Positions 50,991 through 61,165 of a DNA stretch of 63,298 bases are shown here, one piece after another. The notes under the pieces are model-generated. The model ran no database searches. It was not told the DNA's origin and saw nothing but the letters and a program-made list of their open reading frames with translations. Source of the DNA: Nitrososphaeraceae archaeon (GTDB lineage: Archaea > Thermoproteota > Nitrososphaeria > Nitrososphaerales > Nitrososphaeraceae); assembly GCA_046261955.1 (NCBI GenBank), contig JBHENS010000001.1, forward strand, positions 1-63,298, written 5' to 3'. The first letter of the stretch is position 1. Each line of letters begins with the position of its first letter. The position numbers were made by a program, and so were the translations under genes.

Positions 50991-51629
50991 TTACTGACTG
51001 TTATTTGCTTTCTTCCATTTTGTTATCAACTCAATAAACAATCTATGCATTCTAGTATCACCAGATAATTCGGGATGAAATGAAGTCCCAATAATGTTTT
51101 CTTGTTGAACAGCTACTATTTTTCCGTCGAATTTGCTCAAAATTTGAACACCTGAGCCAGTAGAAATTACGCTTGGTGCACGTATAAAAATTCCCTTAAA
51201 ATCGTTTCCTATCCCGGAGATCTCCAGGGTTGACTCAAATGAATCATACTGCCTTCCAAATGAATTCCTCTCTATTTCAATATCCAAAGCTCCTAACAAT
51301 AATTGTTTCTTGTTTCCGACAACTTTATCATATGACTGTTTAGCCAAAACTATCATACCTGCACATGTTCCCATAATGGGTAATCTATCCTGCAGTACTT
51401 TGGTTATCGAGTCTAGCAACCCATTCTTTAACGAGAGTAATAGACCCATCACAGTACTCTCTCCTCCAGGAATAATCAATCCATCAACTTTCATTATTTC
51501 GTCAGGATAACGAACGGAAATTACATTGCCTTTCAAGTTCATTTCTCTTAATGCATCTGTCGTTGCCTTGATATTTTCTTCTATATCGCCTTGAAGAGCC
51601 AATACTCCGATGAGCAATTCGCTATTCAT
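50991..51629 (-). CDS. pdxT: PLP synthase glutaminase subunit
   Basis: LALQG, PGGEST, GTCAG, FIRAP, SFHPE. Confidence 0.97.
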   Translation of the reverse strand: MNSELLIGVLALQGDIEENIKATTDALREMNLKGNVISVRYPDEIMKVDGLIIPGGESTVMGLLLSLKNGLLDSITKVLQDRLPIMGTCAGMIVLAKQSYDKVVGNKKQLLLGALDIEIERNSFGRQYDSFESTLEISGIGNDFKGIFIRAPSVISTGSGVQILSKFDGKIVAVQQENIIGTSFHPELSGDTRMHRLFIELITKWKKANNSQ

Positions 51630-52597
51630 ATTGTGGGCCCTCTTTCTTGCATCCTTAAATCCAAATTCTTTGTGTCAAGACCAAGCATTGATTTTTTCTC
51701 ATCAATCATTTTTTGTGCCTCAAGGACGGTCTTTGGATCGTCAAAATAGGTAGTGGCTATGACTACTGATTTAGCTCTTTCAAGCGGATCTTCTGCTTTG
51801 AATATTCCTGAACCTACAAAAATGCCATCACAGCCAAGCTTCATTAGCAGTGCAGCATCTGCTGGTGTAGATATTCCTCCAGCTGCAAAATTTACTACAG
51901 GAAGTCTTCCAAGTCTTCCTGTTTCTTTAACTAACTCAAAGGAAGATTGTATCTCCCTCGAAATCTTGATTAGTTCTTGATCATCATTATTATCGTAAAT
52001 TCCCCTTAATTTTCTGATTTCATTGTTTACCATTCGTAGGTGAGTTACCGCCTGTGAAACATCTCCTGTACCGGGTTCACCTTTTGTTCTTATCATTGCA
52101 GCACCTTCTTCTATCCTTCGTAGAGCTTCTCCTAAATTCTTGGCTCCGTTCACAAAAGGTGTTGTGTAATTCCATTTCCAAATATGTCTGCTTTCATCAG
52201 CTGGACTGAGTACTTCGCTTTCATCTATCATGTCGACGCCTGTCTCCTCAAGTATACTGGCTTCCGAGGAATGCCCAATTCTGCATTTAGCCATTATGGG
52301 TATGCTCACAGAATCTAATATTGCTTGAATTACTTTTACGCTAGCAGTTCTGGCTACTCCGCCTGCATGTCTTACATCATAAGGGAGTTTATCCAAAACC
52401 ATGACTGCTACTGCTCCGGCATCCTCAGCTATTTGAGCCTGCTCTACATTAGTTACATCCATTATTACACCGTGTTTTTGCATGTGGGCAAAGCCACGCT
52501 TTACCAAGGCAGTCCCACTTGCAATTTGTTTCCTATCAACTGTGGAAATCTTGATCCCCTTTGATAAGGGATATGCACCTACTTGCGATATTGTCAT
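51626..52597 (-). CDS. pdxS: PLP synthase lyase subunit
   Basis: [37 protein letters not shown]. Confidence 0.97.
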   Translation of the reverse strand: MTISQVGAYPLSKGIKISTVDRKQIASGTALVKRGFAHMQKHGVIMDVTNVEQAQIAEDAGAVAVMVLDKLPYDVRHAGGVARTASVKVIQAILDSVSIPIMAKCRIGHSSEASILEETGVDMIDESEVLSPADESRHIWKWNYTTPFVNGAKNLGEALRRIEEGAAMIRTKGEPGTGDVSQAVTHLRMVNNEIRKLRGIYDNNDDQELIKISREIQSSFELVKETGRLGRLPVVNFAAGGISTPADAALLMKLGCDGIFVGSGIFKAEDPLERAKSVVIATTYFDDPKTVLEAQKMIDEKKSMLGLDTKNLDLRMQERGPTI

Positions 52598-52854
52598 CTA
52601 CTGTTTTTTTTAATTTACATTATTTAGATATTAGTCTTGCTACAAAATCACGTGCGACGAGCCTAGGTTTGACTCTAATATTTAGCCGTTGCACTCTCAT
52701 CAATGCTGGATTTTAGCGTATTCTCTGACCCAATGATATTCTAGGGATTAAGCTTAAATTGTCGATAAATTTGGTCAAAAGTTTCTTGATTAAAGAACAC
52801 CATAATTTGAGAATAGAACTAAATAGACATTATTACTTTAATAATGTCAAATTT

Positions 52855-53484
52855 ATGATAGAACCTTCGGACAAAGCTATTCTGACAGCCATCTATGTCT
52901 CTTCCCTTGATTCAGAAATTTTGCCATTAGAATATCTGAAGGATCGAACTACAATATCGAATGAAATGTTTAAACTCAAAATAGATGAAATGATAAAAAA
53001 TGGCTTTATAGAAAAATCTGAACCACTCAGATTGACTTTTCTTGGTAGAGGGTTACTAAAAATTGTCTTGATTGGAGGCGTATTTGATATTGTTCATCCG
53101 GGTCATATTCATACATTAAAAGACGCAAAGAACCAAGGTGACGTATTGGTTGTGGTTGTCGCAAGAAGCTCAACTGCACTCAAGATAAACAAACAGAGAA
53201 AAATATATCATGATGAAACTCTTAGAAGAGAATTGGTTTCGTCAATTAAGTTTGTTGATTATGCAATCATAGGAAGAGAAGGTACTCTTTATGATACTGT
53301 TGAATTTGTAAAGCCGGATATTATTGCCTTAGGATACGATCAAATACATACTGAAAAGGAGATAGCTGTCAATTGTTCAAGAAGGGGAATAGATACAAGA
53401 ATAATTCGCCTAAATACACCAGTACCCGGATCTAAAAGCACTCGGATTAAAGAGGAATTGGGCCACTCAATTTATGACATATGA
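52855..53484 (+). CDS. ribL: FAD synthetase (cytidylyltransferase fold) with N-terminal wHTH-like extension
   Basis: GGVFDIVHPGH, LVVVVAR, KPDIIALGYDQ; next to ribK; ORF is open from 52759. Confidence 0.8.
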   Translation: MIEPSDKAILTAIYVSSLDSEILPLEYLKDRTTISNEMFKLKIDEMIKNGFIEKSEPLRLTFLGRGLLKIVLIGGVFDIVHPGHIHTLKDAKNQGDVLVVVVARSSTALKINKQRKIYHDETLRRELVSSIKFVDYAIIGREGTLYDTVEFVKPDIIALGYDQIHTEKEIAVNCSRRGIDTRIIRLNTPVPGSKSTRIKEELGHSIYDI

Positions 53485-53491
53485 TTCTGTC

Positions 53492-54184
53492 TTATTTTTT
53501 TGAGGTCTGCAAGGTAACTTTAACATTATCACCGTTCTTTAGACGAAGTACTTGTTTGATATTAACGGGAGCTATAATTTCTAACATGTTGTTAGCATGA
53601 TGTGTTCGTTCGAGTATTAACAGATCTGATTGAATGTTTTCGTTCCCATTAATAATCACAGGGTAACATTTAACCCACCCGTAAGTTCGTTCGAAATCAC
53701 TGAATCCATCTATAAAATGAAAACGAAAGCTTTCAATTTTTCCTCTGTTTTCTAACGATAGTGGATCAATTATTCTAATATTCAAAGTACCCGGGAATGG
53801 GATATACCCGATTTTTTTTTTAAACTGCTTGCGATATCCTTCAAGGCTCATGTAGTACTTACCTTCGCCCATCCCAGAGACTAATGTACCATTAAAATGA
53901 ACATTTCCGGGTGATGAATCTAATGCCATGAGGAGGAACTCTGACATCTTTTTGACAGCAGATAGGCCCACTTCTGTTACTCTGATCATATATCCATGTC
54001 CTTTCTTGACACGCTCTACATATTTCATTTCTTGTAGTTCCAAAATTATTTTTGAAGCTGCTTGTTGTGACTTGTTTATTTCAATTCCTATATCAGTACT
54101 AGTAAATTCAATAAAATTATCCTTTGCCCCCTTAAGTAGTAGTTTAGCTAGAGTTATTACGTATTCAGACTTTATATCTTGCAT
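53492..54184 (-). CDS. ribK: CTP-dependent riboflavin kinase with N-terminal HTH (RbkR-like)
   Basis: SQQAASK HTH; SGMGEG.YY, PFPGTLN, ERTHH, EIIAP. Confidence 0.93.
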   Translation of the reverse strand: MQDIKSEYVITLAKLLLKGAKDNFIEFTSTDIGIEINKSQQAASKIILELQEMKYVERVKKGHGYMIRVTEVGLSAVKKMSEFLLMALDSSPGNVHFNGTLVSGMGEGKYYMSLEGYRKQFKKKIGYIPFPGTLNIRIIDPLSLENRGKIESFRFHFIDGFSDFERTYGWVKCYPVIINGNENIQSDLLILERTHHANNMLEIIAPVNIKQVLRLKNGDNVKVTLQTSKK

Positions 54185-54190
54185 CGTTCT

Positions 54191-55423
54191 TTAGTTGCCA
54201 ATACCAATCTGATCAAAAGTCCTAACTGTAATTTCTGGTGATTTTTTCAATTCGGCCATTCTATGCCCAACTACATACTCAATTCCTGCTCGGTATGCAG
54301 CATCTATAAGTCGTTGAGTGATGATTCCGTCCATCACCAGAAATCTGGCACCTTCTAAAGAATCCAATCTCTTGATTATTTCGGATACTGGTACCTTCAG
54401 CAATACTTGCATGGAATTGTCCAAGATCATTGCCTCTAACGTCTCATTAATTTGTGGATACACTTCCTTGACTGCTGTGGTTATTTGAGGATCATCTTTT
54501 AATTTTTCACCATTGTTGAAATTTGAAGGTTCTTGGTAAGACAAATTATTGTTCTCATAAGTTTTTGATTTCTTAACGCCGCCCTTCTGATGTTGAATAG
54601 GAACTTCATATTGTTCCACGGTAGGCTCAATTACATCCTTAAGTATCTCTGTTATTTCCAATGGAGTGCATTCTTCTACCTCTTTACCAGTCGGAGCTCT
54701 TAGAACCTTGTCAATCTTAACCAGTCCTTGTAATTCCTTTAAAATTAAGTCAGCCGCTCTATCACCATCTAGAAATGCTATAACTTTCTTTCCAGATGTC
54801 AAGTTGGTAATTGTTTCGTCAATTTTAGCTCCTTCAATAGCAATCGAGTTATCAAAACCTGCTCGCAAAAGATTAATGACGTCAGCCCTTCCTTCGACAA
54901 GAATGATGACCGGTGATTCGAAAACTCCAGTACCGCATGCAAGCTGAGCCTTTCCGAACGAAGTGAGTTTTCCAGGTTTACTTGCGTCGTACACATCCCG
55001 CAACATTTCTTCTCCCTCACTTATTGTCTTTGTCGCCCATTCTTGGATTATTTTCTTGGCCCTATCCACGATAACTTTTTTCTTGATAGCTCTTATGTCA
55101 TCTATTCCCACTAACAGGAACTTACCCTGAAATGGTCCAACTTTATCTATGCTTTCAATAGCAGCAGATATCAATGCGGCGGTGGATATGTCGGTACTCA
55201 TTGGAAGCAAAGCATCCCCCTTCGTTGTATTGGATTTGGTATCAACATTAACCTCAATCCTACCAACTTTTGATACTTTCTGTAGCTCGTTTAGATTCAT
55301 CTCAGGGCCTAGTAATCCCTCTGTCTGGCCGAATATTGCGCCAATAATGTCGGCCTTCTCGACTATCCCATCGACATCAAATTTAAGTTTAACATGATAT
55401 TTTACTATACCAGTATTAGGCAT
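54191..55423 (-). CDS. dnaG: Archaeal DnaG (TOPRIM, exosome-associated)
   Basis: GAIFGQTEGLLG, VEGRADV, DGDR, GKEVE. Confidence 0.96.
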   Translation of the reverse strand: MPNTGIVKYHVKLKFDVDGIVEKADIIGAIFGQTEGLLGPEMNLNELQKVSKVGRIEVNVDTKSNTTKGDALLPMSTDISTAALISAAIESIDKVGPFQGKFLLVGIDDIRAIKKKVIVDRAKKIIQEWATKTISEGEEMLRDVYDASKPGKLTSFGKAQLACGTGVFESPVIILVEGRADVINLLRAGFDNSIAIEGAKIDETITNLTSGKKVIAFLDGDRAADLILKELQGLVKIDKVLRAPTGKEVEECTPLEITEILKDVIEPTVEQYEVPIQHQKGGVKKSKTYENNNLSYQEPSNFNNGEKLKDDPQITTAVKEVYPQINETLEAMILDNSMQVLLKVPVSEIIKRLDSLEGARFLVMDGIITQRLIDAAYRAGIEYVVGHRMAELKKSPEITVRTFDQIGIGN

Positions 55424-55736
55424 TTTCAAACCCTCTTATTTTTAAATACGAGGTAAGCTTATCTTGCTTGAATATAAGTGCTTTGACATAATCTTCAACA
55501 GATTTTGGTATGATTTTTTTCCCTACCTTCAGTTTGGAAATGCAAAGAACTATTTCGTACTCTTTGTCTTACTGATTAAAAATTTGAACAACTTTTAGTT
55601 ATTATTTCAGAAGCATTTCCGTTTTCCTTGAATTAGGGTTTAGATTTATAAAAATTGAATTTCGGAATGACGCAAATCATTAGGCTCTGGTACAAGAAAA
55701 GATTAATTATGTGAGCTTGAGTTCACGTAGTAAAGA

Positions 55737-56540
55737 ATGTCTGATTGGGATCTTATAACTCCAGGGATAGGACTTACAAGTATTGGTATTGTCGGGGTAG
55801 GTGTTTCACTTTCAGGGATTGCACATACATTTTTGGAAGGAATGCATGCAGTTAGCATTCTCACCATGTTTATCGGATTGATATTTCTGGCTGCCGGAAT
55901 TTTCAAAGATGGATTTCCTACCTCAGGAAAAGCCAAATCTGCTACATTCATTACTTTGGGTTTCCTCGTTACATTTGGTCTAGCGGCCGCCATAACTGTT
56001 AGTACTAGAATACCCAGTATCTTTGCCTATATTGGATTGATCCTGATAATAGCAATACCTGCTACCGTACTTACTGTTGCATCATACAAAAGGACGCCAT
56101 ACATTAAGGCTATAGCGGTGATATTTGTGACATCGGCGATAGTCGGCGCATCTACGTTTTATGTATTTGGCTTAGTTGCACCAAAGGCTGAGCAAGAAAA
56201 AATTGAAAACGTCGAGACAAGCCAAAATCAAACCAATCCTGCTAGAAATATTACAAATCCAGCGAAATCATCTATTCTTCCTGGTTCGTCAGCACCTGGA
56301 AATCCCAGTTTTGAACCTGTCAATGTTACAGTTCCAAAAGATGGAGGAATAGAGTGGATCAACAAGGATAATGTTCCCCACACGATAACAAGTTTAATAG
56401 ATGATGGTAAAACGTTCGATTCAAAGACCATTAAGCCGAATGCGACGTTTATTCTTGATGTCATGACACTCAAGGAAACGCAATATGATTATTTCTGTAC
56501 TTTGCACCCTCATATGAAGGGAAAAATAATAGTAGGGTAA
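55737..56540 (+). CDS. Multi-pass membrane protein with C-terminal type-1 blue-copper (cupredoxin) domain
   Basis: About five hydrophobic helices; PHT (His) and CTLHPHM (Cys/His/Met) Cu ligands. Confidence 0.88.
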   Translation: MSDWDLITPGIGLTSIGIVGVGVSLSGIAHTFLEGMHAVSILTMFIGLIFLAAGIFKDGFPTSGKAKSATFITLGFLVTFGLAAAITVSTRIPSIFAYIGLILIIAIPATVLTVASYKRTPYIKAIAVIFVTSAIVGASTFYVFGLVAPKAEQEKIENVETSQNQTNPARNITNPAKSSILPGSSAPGNPSFEPVNVTVPKDGGIEWINKDNVPHTITSLIDDGKTFDSKTIKPNATFILDVMTLKETQYDYFCTLHPHMKGKIIVG

Positions 56541-56663
56541 ACTGGACCTAAAGTAAAAGTGAACAAAATCAAGTTACCAAATATAATGTGTACAAGGTTT
56601 CGGATATTAATTAATCAAATATAAGATCGGCATTACCAATCATTAGTGGGTAAAATTAGATAT

Positions 56664-57080
56664 ATGTCTGAAATAACATTACTAGTTACTGAAAACCAAA
56701 TTGACTCCTTAATACGATCCACTAAAGAGGATTTCCCTAATGAGTCATGTTCTCTACTTTTAGGCAGCATAGTTGATGATGAATATCATGTAAAAGTGCT
56801 AAAGAAAATGGAAAATAAGGCGCACTCAGAATACTCATTTCATATGGACTCCGATGAACTAATGAAAGTCTACAAATGGGCAACAAATAATGGACTAGAT
56901 GTTATTGGTGTGTATCATTCACATTTGCGGGGATCAAATCCCTCTGAAACTGACTTGACTTTCATGAAGATTAATCCTGTGATATGGCTCATATATGATG
57001 TATCAAAGTCGACATACAGGGCATTTTTGTTAGTACAAGATTGCTTGGAAGAAATAAAAATTAAGATATCTAAGGACTAA
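56664..57080 (+). CDS. JAMM/MPN+ (M67) metalloprotease
   Basis: PNESC, YHSH...PSETD. Confidence 0.88.
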   Translation: MSEITLLVTENQIDSLIRSTKEDFPNESCSLLLGSIVDDEYHVKVLKKMENKAHSEYSFHMDSDELMKVYKWATNNGLDVIGVYHSHLRGSNPSETDLTFMKINPVIWLIYDVSKSTYRAFLLVQDCLEEIKIKISKD

Positions 57081-58347
57081 GCCTCTCAGTGTCTCTAGGA
57101 TAGAGAACAACTTCTCTAATGTTTGTGGAGTTGGTGAGGATCATTATGAACCTGTCAAAACCAATACCACATCCCGAATGTGGAGGCATTCCCCATTCAA
57201 ATGTTTGTAAATGATCAGAAAAACTCTTTGGGTTAAGTCCTTTTTCGAGTAACTTATTTTGCAATCTTTCAGAATCGTGCTCTCTGGTTCCTCCAGAAAC
57301 AATTTCTAAATATCCATATTGCAGGTCAAACGACTTTGAAAGCTCAGATTTTTTTTCATGTTCAATTATGTAAAATGGTTTTAGTTTGGTTGGCCAATCA
57401 ATTATGAAGTAAAATTTTGGATGTATCTCACCTAGTTTTTTTAATGCGGGATCAGAAAGATCATCTCCAAATTCTATTTTTTCTCCTAGACTTTTCAAAT
57501 CCTCCAGACACTTTTCGTACGTAATTCTTGGAATCTTATCAACCATAATGTCCTGTTTATTTTCGAAATATGTCATCTGTTTATCATAATGAACAAACAG
57601 ATCATTTATTGTCGAAATAACCAAATCTTGAACAATATCCATAATATCACCATATTCTAGGAATGCGGCTTCCAAATCCACACTTACAAATTCTGAAAGA
57701 TGTCTTACAGTATGTGATGGTTCAGCTCTATAATATGAAGAAATTTCAAATACTCTTTCAAGTCCCAGAGTGAGTTGTTCCTTGTATAACTGCGGACTCT
57801 GGGCCAAAAATGCCTTTTTTGAGAAATATTCAAAGCCAAAAAGATCTGCACCACCCTCAGTGGCACTTCCAATTATTTTAGGAGTATTAACCTCCACAAA
57901 CATCTTTGAATATAGGAATTTACGAATTAAATGAAGTACATAAGATCTAGTTCTAAAAATATTAGAAATCTTAAAGTTCCTCAAATCGAGGGCTCTCGAA
58001 TCTAGTCTCTTATCCAATGATGATTTCACCCTTCCGGTAGGATCAATCGGAAGAGGGTTTATTGCACTTGATAAAAGTTCCACTTTTTCTACCTTAACCT
58101 CAACCTGAAAATTCTCTGCTCTGGTATCTTGAATAGTTCCATTTACCACGATAACACTTTGCCTTGGTACTTCCCTAAGACTAGATAGCAGCCTTCCAGT
58201 AAGTACTCCTTGAAAGTTTCCAGTCATGTCCCTAACGCTTATGAATCCAATTTTTCCCATATCTCTGAAATCTTCGAGCCATCCAACGAATGTTAGATTT
58301 TGGCCAATGTGGTTTTTGTCGATTGATGATGCAAATGTTCTGTTCAT
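57070..58347 (-). CDS. aspS: Aspartate--tRNA ligase (probably non-discriminating Asp/Asn)
   Basis: RLDSRALDLR, LAQSPQLYK, YRAE, GMPPHSG.GIG.DR. Confidence 0.95.
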   Translation of the reverse strand: MNRTFASSIDKNHIGQNLTFVGWLEDFRDMGKIGFISVRDMTGNFQGVLTGRLLSSLREVPRQSVIVVNGTIQDTRAENFQVEVKVEKVELLSSAINPLPIDPTGRVKSSLDKRLDSRALDLRNFKISNIFRTRSYVLHLIRKFLYSKMFVEVNTPKIIGSATEGGADLFGFEYFSKKAFLAQSPQLYKEQLTLGLERVFEISSYYRAEPSHTVRHLSEFVSVDLEAAFLEYGDIMDIVQDLVISTINDLFVHYDKQMTYFENKQDIMVDKIPRITYEKCLEDLKSLGEKIEFGDDLSDPALKKLGEIHPKFYFIIDWPTKLKPFYIIEHEKKSELSKSFDLQYGYLEIVSGGTREHDSERLQNKLLEKGLNPKSFSDHLQTFEWGMPPHSGCGIGFDRFIMILTNSTNIREVVLYPRDTERLSP

Positions 58348-58369
58348 GGCATACTCATGTTGCTATCAA

Positions 58370-58879
58370 TTACTTTCCTGCGATCTCAACAACAAGTTCT
58401 ACGTTTCTAAGTGCATTAACAATTTTTTTTATTTTTTCAATTATACTAAAGAATTTTTCGTAATCTTTACTCTCAATAGTAACCTGTGTTACCTGGTTCC
58501 CATCTGGCAACCAAATCATGTTAGTTTTCAAAATTCTTATTGGAAAGAAAAGATTTTCAAGAAACTTTCTAATAGAGCTATTCGCTTCAACAAACCATAC
58601 TTTTCCATTGAATTCCTTTTCAACCGAACTCATTAATTTATCATTCGAGTTTATGTGACTTACGTTTGAATCCTTTAAAATAAGCACATAATCTTCATCA
58701 ATCTTTTGAGATCCTATTAAATTCAATTTATCTATATCTTGATTCTTATGGGAGAGTTTGATAAGTTTGATCGAAGATTCTACATCAATAGCGGACAGCT
58801 CCCCATTTTTTAGCCTGCTTTCACATTTTGGACATAAAACACCTGTCTTGGCATCAAATATACAAATGGGTACTTTCAA
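58370..58879 (-). CDS. NusA-like KH-domain protein with N-terminal Cys cluster
   Basis: PICIFDAKTGVLCPKC N-terminus characteristic of the archaeal NusA paralogue. Confidence 0.78.
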   Translation of the reverse strand: MKVPICIFDAKTGVLCPKCESRLKNGELSAIDVESSIKLIKLSHKNQDIDKLNLIGSQKIDEDYVLILKDSNVSHINSNDKLMSSVEKEFNGKVWFVEANSSIRKFLENLFFPIRILKTNMIWLPDGNQVTQVTIESKDYEKFFSIIEKIKKIVNALRNVELVVEIAGK

Positions 58880-58994
58880 CTAATCATCAGGTTGTCTAAA
58901 TATTTTTACCATATATATGTCGAATAGGTGTTGATAGAGCAAATACAATTCTATAAAATAGATACTTATACGGTTAAGATCGATAAAGACTTGT

Positions 58995-59942
58995 TTGAAT
59001 TTTGCTCTTGCCGTAAATAGCTTAAGTGTTTATTACTTATCCCATTTTGGTACAGTTAAGGCTGTTGATGATGTTAGTTTTAGTCTTGAAAAAAATCACT
59101 CGATAGGAATTGTGGGTGAATCTGGATGTGGAAAGAGTACATTAGGAGCAGCCCTTTTACGATCAGTTCCATACCCTGGCAAAATCGTTGATGGTCAAAT
59201 TATACTCGATGGTCAAGACATTACCAAGATATCAGATGATGAATTTGATAAAAAGATTAGATGGAAGAAAGTTTCAATGATCTTTCAGGGAGCTCTTAAT
59301 TCCTTAGACCCAGTATTCACTGTTGGATCACAAATGAGGGAAATCTTGCAACAACATGGTTACTCTAAGGATGACCTGGAAGTAATTGCAGATTCTTTGA
59401 AAAGCGTTCTCTTAGAGCCTAGCGTTACGAAAAAGTATCCTCATGAATTGAGTGGGGGTATGAAGCAGCGAATTTCAATATCAATGGCATTGTTACTGAA
59501 CCCCAAGATATTGGTTGCTGATGAACCCACTACCTCCCTGGATGTTATGGTACAATCTCAGATCATCAATCTCCTAAAAAAATTAAAAAGAGAACGCAAT
59601 ATGTCAATAGTATTCATTTCCCATGACTTAGGAGTAATATCAGAAGTATCAGAAACCATAGCTATAATGTATCGTGGACAAATAGTTGAGTTGGGAAAAT
59701 CCTATGAAATTTATAAAAACCCAAAGCACCCTTACACAGAAAAACTTGTAACATCGATTCCGAATATTAAAAATAAGGAAAATAGACCGCAAGACCTGGG
59801 CGAAAAATCACAAGAACCAATAAGAAGAGAGACTGGATGTAAATTCTATGATGGTTGCCCTTATGCGAAAGAAAAATGTCGTAATGATCCGCCCGTGATA
59901 AATCATAAAGACGGGTATATTCGCTGTTGGTTATATGAGTAG
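58995..59942 (+). CDS. Oligopeptide/dipeptide ABC transporter ATP-binding subunit (OppD-like)
   Basis: GESGCGKST, LSGGMKQR, ADEPTT, HPYT, C-terminal four-Cys motif. Confidence 0.93.
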   Translation: MNFALAVNSLSVYYLSHFGTVKAVDDVSFSLEKNHSIGIVGESGCGKSTLGAALLRSVPYPGKIVDGQIILDGQDITKISDDEFDKKIRWKKVSMIFQGALNSLDPVFTVGSQMREILQQHGYSKDDLEVIADSLKSVLLEPSVTKKYPHELSGGMKQRISISMALLLNPKILVADEPTTSLDVMVQSQIINLLKKLKRERNMSIVFISHDLGVISEVSETIAIMYRGQIVELGKSYEIYKNPKHPYTEKLVTSIPNIKNKENRPQDLGEKSQEPIRRETGCKFYDGCPYAKEKCRNDPPVINHKDGYIRCWLYE

Positions 59943-60067
59943 ACGTAAAGTATTGCCTATTGAATCAAGTTATTTTTCTTTCATACTGTTTCTATAGGTC
60001 TGAAGAGGGGAGCTAAAACCTAAATCATAAGAATTTTAAACTCCATCTATTTAATAGTCTACGGAAT

Positions 60068-61156
60068 ATGAAAATTACACTTTCTGCAATAAAAGCGGAT
60101 ATTGGAGCCATTGGTGGCCATACTAAACCGAGTGATGAATTAGTAGAAGCGGTTAACAGAGTAGTAAAAGAGAACTCTAAATTGTTACTGGATTATTACA
60201 TTGGATATACTGGAGATGACATACATATTATTATGACACATACGAGAGGAACAGACAGCAAAGAAATTCATAAAATGGCATGGGATGCATTCACAGAAGG
60301 AACCAAAATTGCAAAGGATCAGGGTTTGTATGGAGCTGGACAAGATTTGTTGAAAGACGCCTTTTCGGGAAATGTGAGAGGTATGGGTCCCGGGGTCGCT
60401 GAAATGGACATAGAAGAAAGGCCTAGTGAAGTCTTTTGTGTTTTTGCTGCTGATAAGACAGAACCAGGTGCTTTTAATTTTCCATTGTGGAGAATGTTTG
60501 TAGATGCAAGAAGCAGTACAGGTTTGTTGATAAACGAAAAATTGGCAGAGGGAGTTAAGTTTCGAATAATGGATGTTATGGCAGGCAAAGTTGCCGGCCT
60601 AAAATTATGGCAAGATAAGCCAGAATTAGAAACGGCTTTGATGTATCCTGGTAGGTATGTGGTGCACTCGATTTTATCATCCGATGGAGAACAGATAGTT
60701 TCTGCATCAACTGATAGATTGCATAACATCGCAGGAACTTATGTTGGTAAGGATGATCCGATCGCAATAGTAAGAACTCAGAAAAATTTTCCTGCAACAG
60801 AAGAAGCAGGAAGCGCATTCAATAATCCGCATTATGTTGCAGGAAATACAAGAGGAAGCCATCACATGCCATTAATGCCAGTTAAGCTCAATTCTGCCGC
60901 CAGTTTGAATTATGCCATTCCCATTGTATCGTGTCTTGTGTTTAGCATGCATAATGGAATTTTTACTGGACCGCATGATGGTTTTGGAACGTCAGATTGG
61001 GACCTGCAAAGGCTATGGGCTTCAGAAAGAGCAATGATTATGAGAAATCAAGGATTTATTCATCCCGCTACACTCGTTCCAGATGAGCTTGAATATAACA
61101 AGGGTTACGAAGCTAGGATGGAAAAACTAAACAGCAAGTTTGAAGACCTCTCCTAA
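60068..61156 (+). CDS. fbp: Bifunctional fructose-1,6-bisphosphate aldolase/phosphatase
   Basis: KADIG, GLYGAGQDLL, DKTEPGAFN, YVGKDDP. Confidence 0.96.
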   Translation: MKITLSAIKADIGAIGGHTKPSDELVEAVNRVVKENSKLLLDYYIGYTGDDIHIIMTHTRGTDSKEIHKMAWDAFTEGTKIAKDQGLYGAGQDLLKDAFSGNVRGMGPGVAEMDIEERPSEVFCVFAADKTEPGAFNFPLWRMFVDARSSTGLLINEKLAEGVKFRIMDVMAGKVAGLKLWQDKPELETALMYPGRYVVHSILSSDGEQIVSASTDRLHNIAGTYVGKDDPIAIVRTQKNFPATEEAGSAFNNPHYVAGNTRGSHHMPLMPVKLNSAASLNYAIPIVSCLVFSMHNGIFTGPHDGFGTSDWDLQRLWASERAMIMRNQGFIHPATLVPDELEYNKGYEARMEKLNSKFEDLS

Positions 61157-61165
61157 AATTTTATT

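Noticed and set aside
52645-52705. Minus-strand C/D sRNA reading (TTGATGA...)
   Set aside because: D and C' boxes are poor; the plus-strand hairpin fits better.
59988-60010. GTTTCTATAGGTCTGAAGAGGGG as an ORB origin box
   Set aside because: Weak match, single copy, and no cdc6/orc1 nearby.
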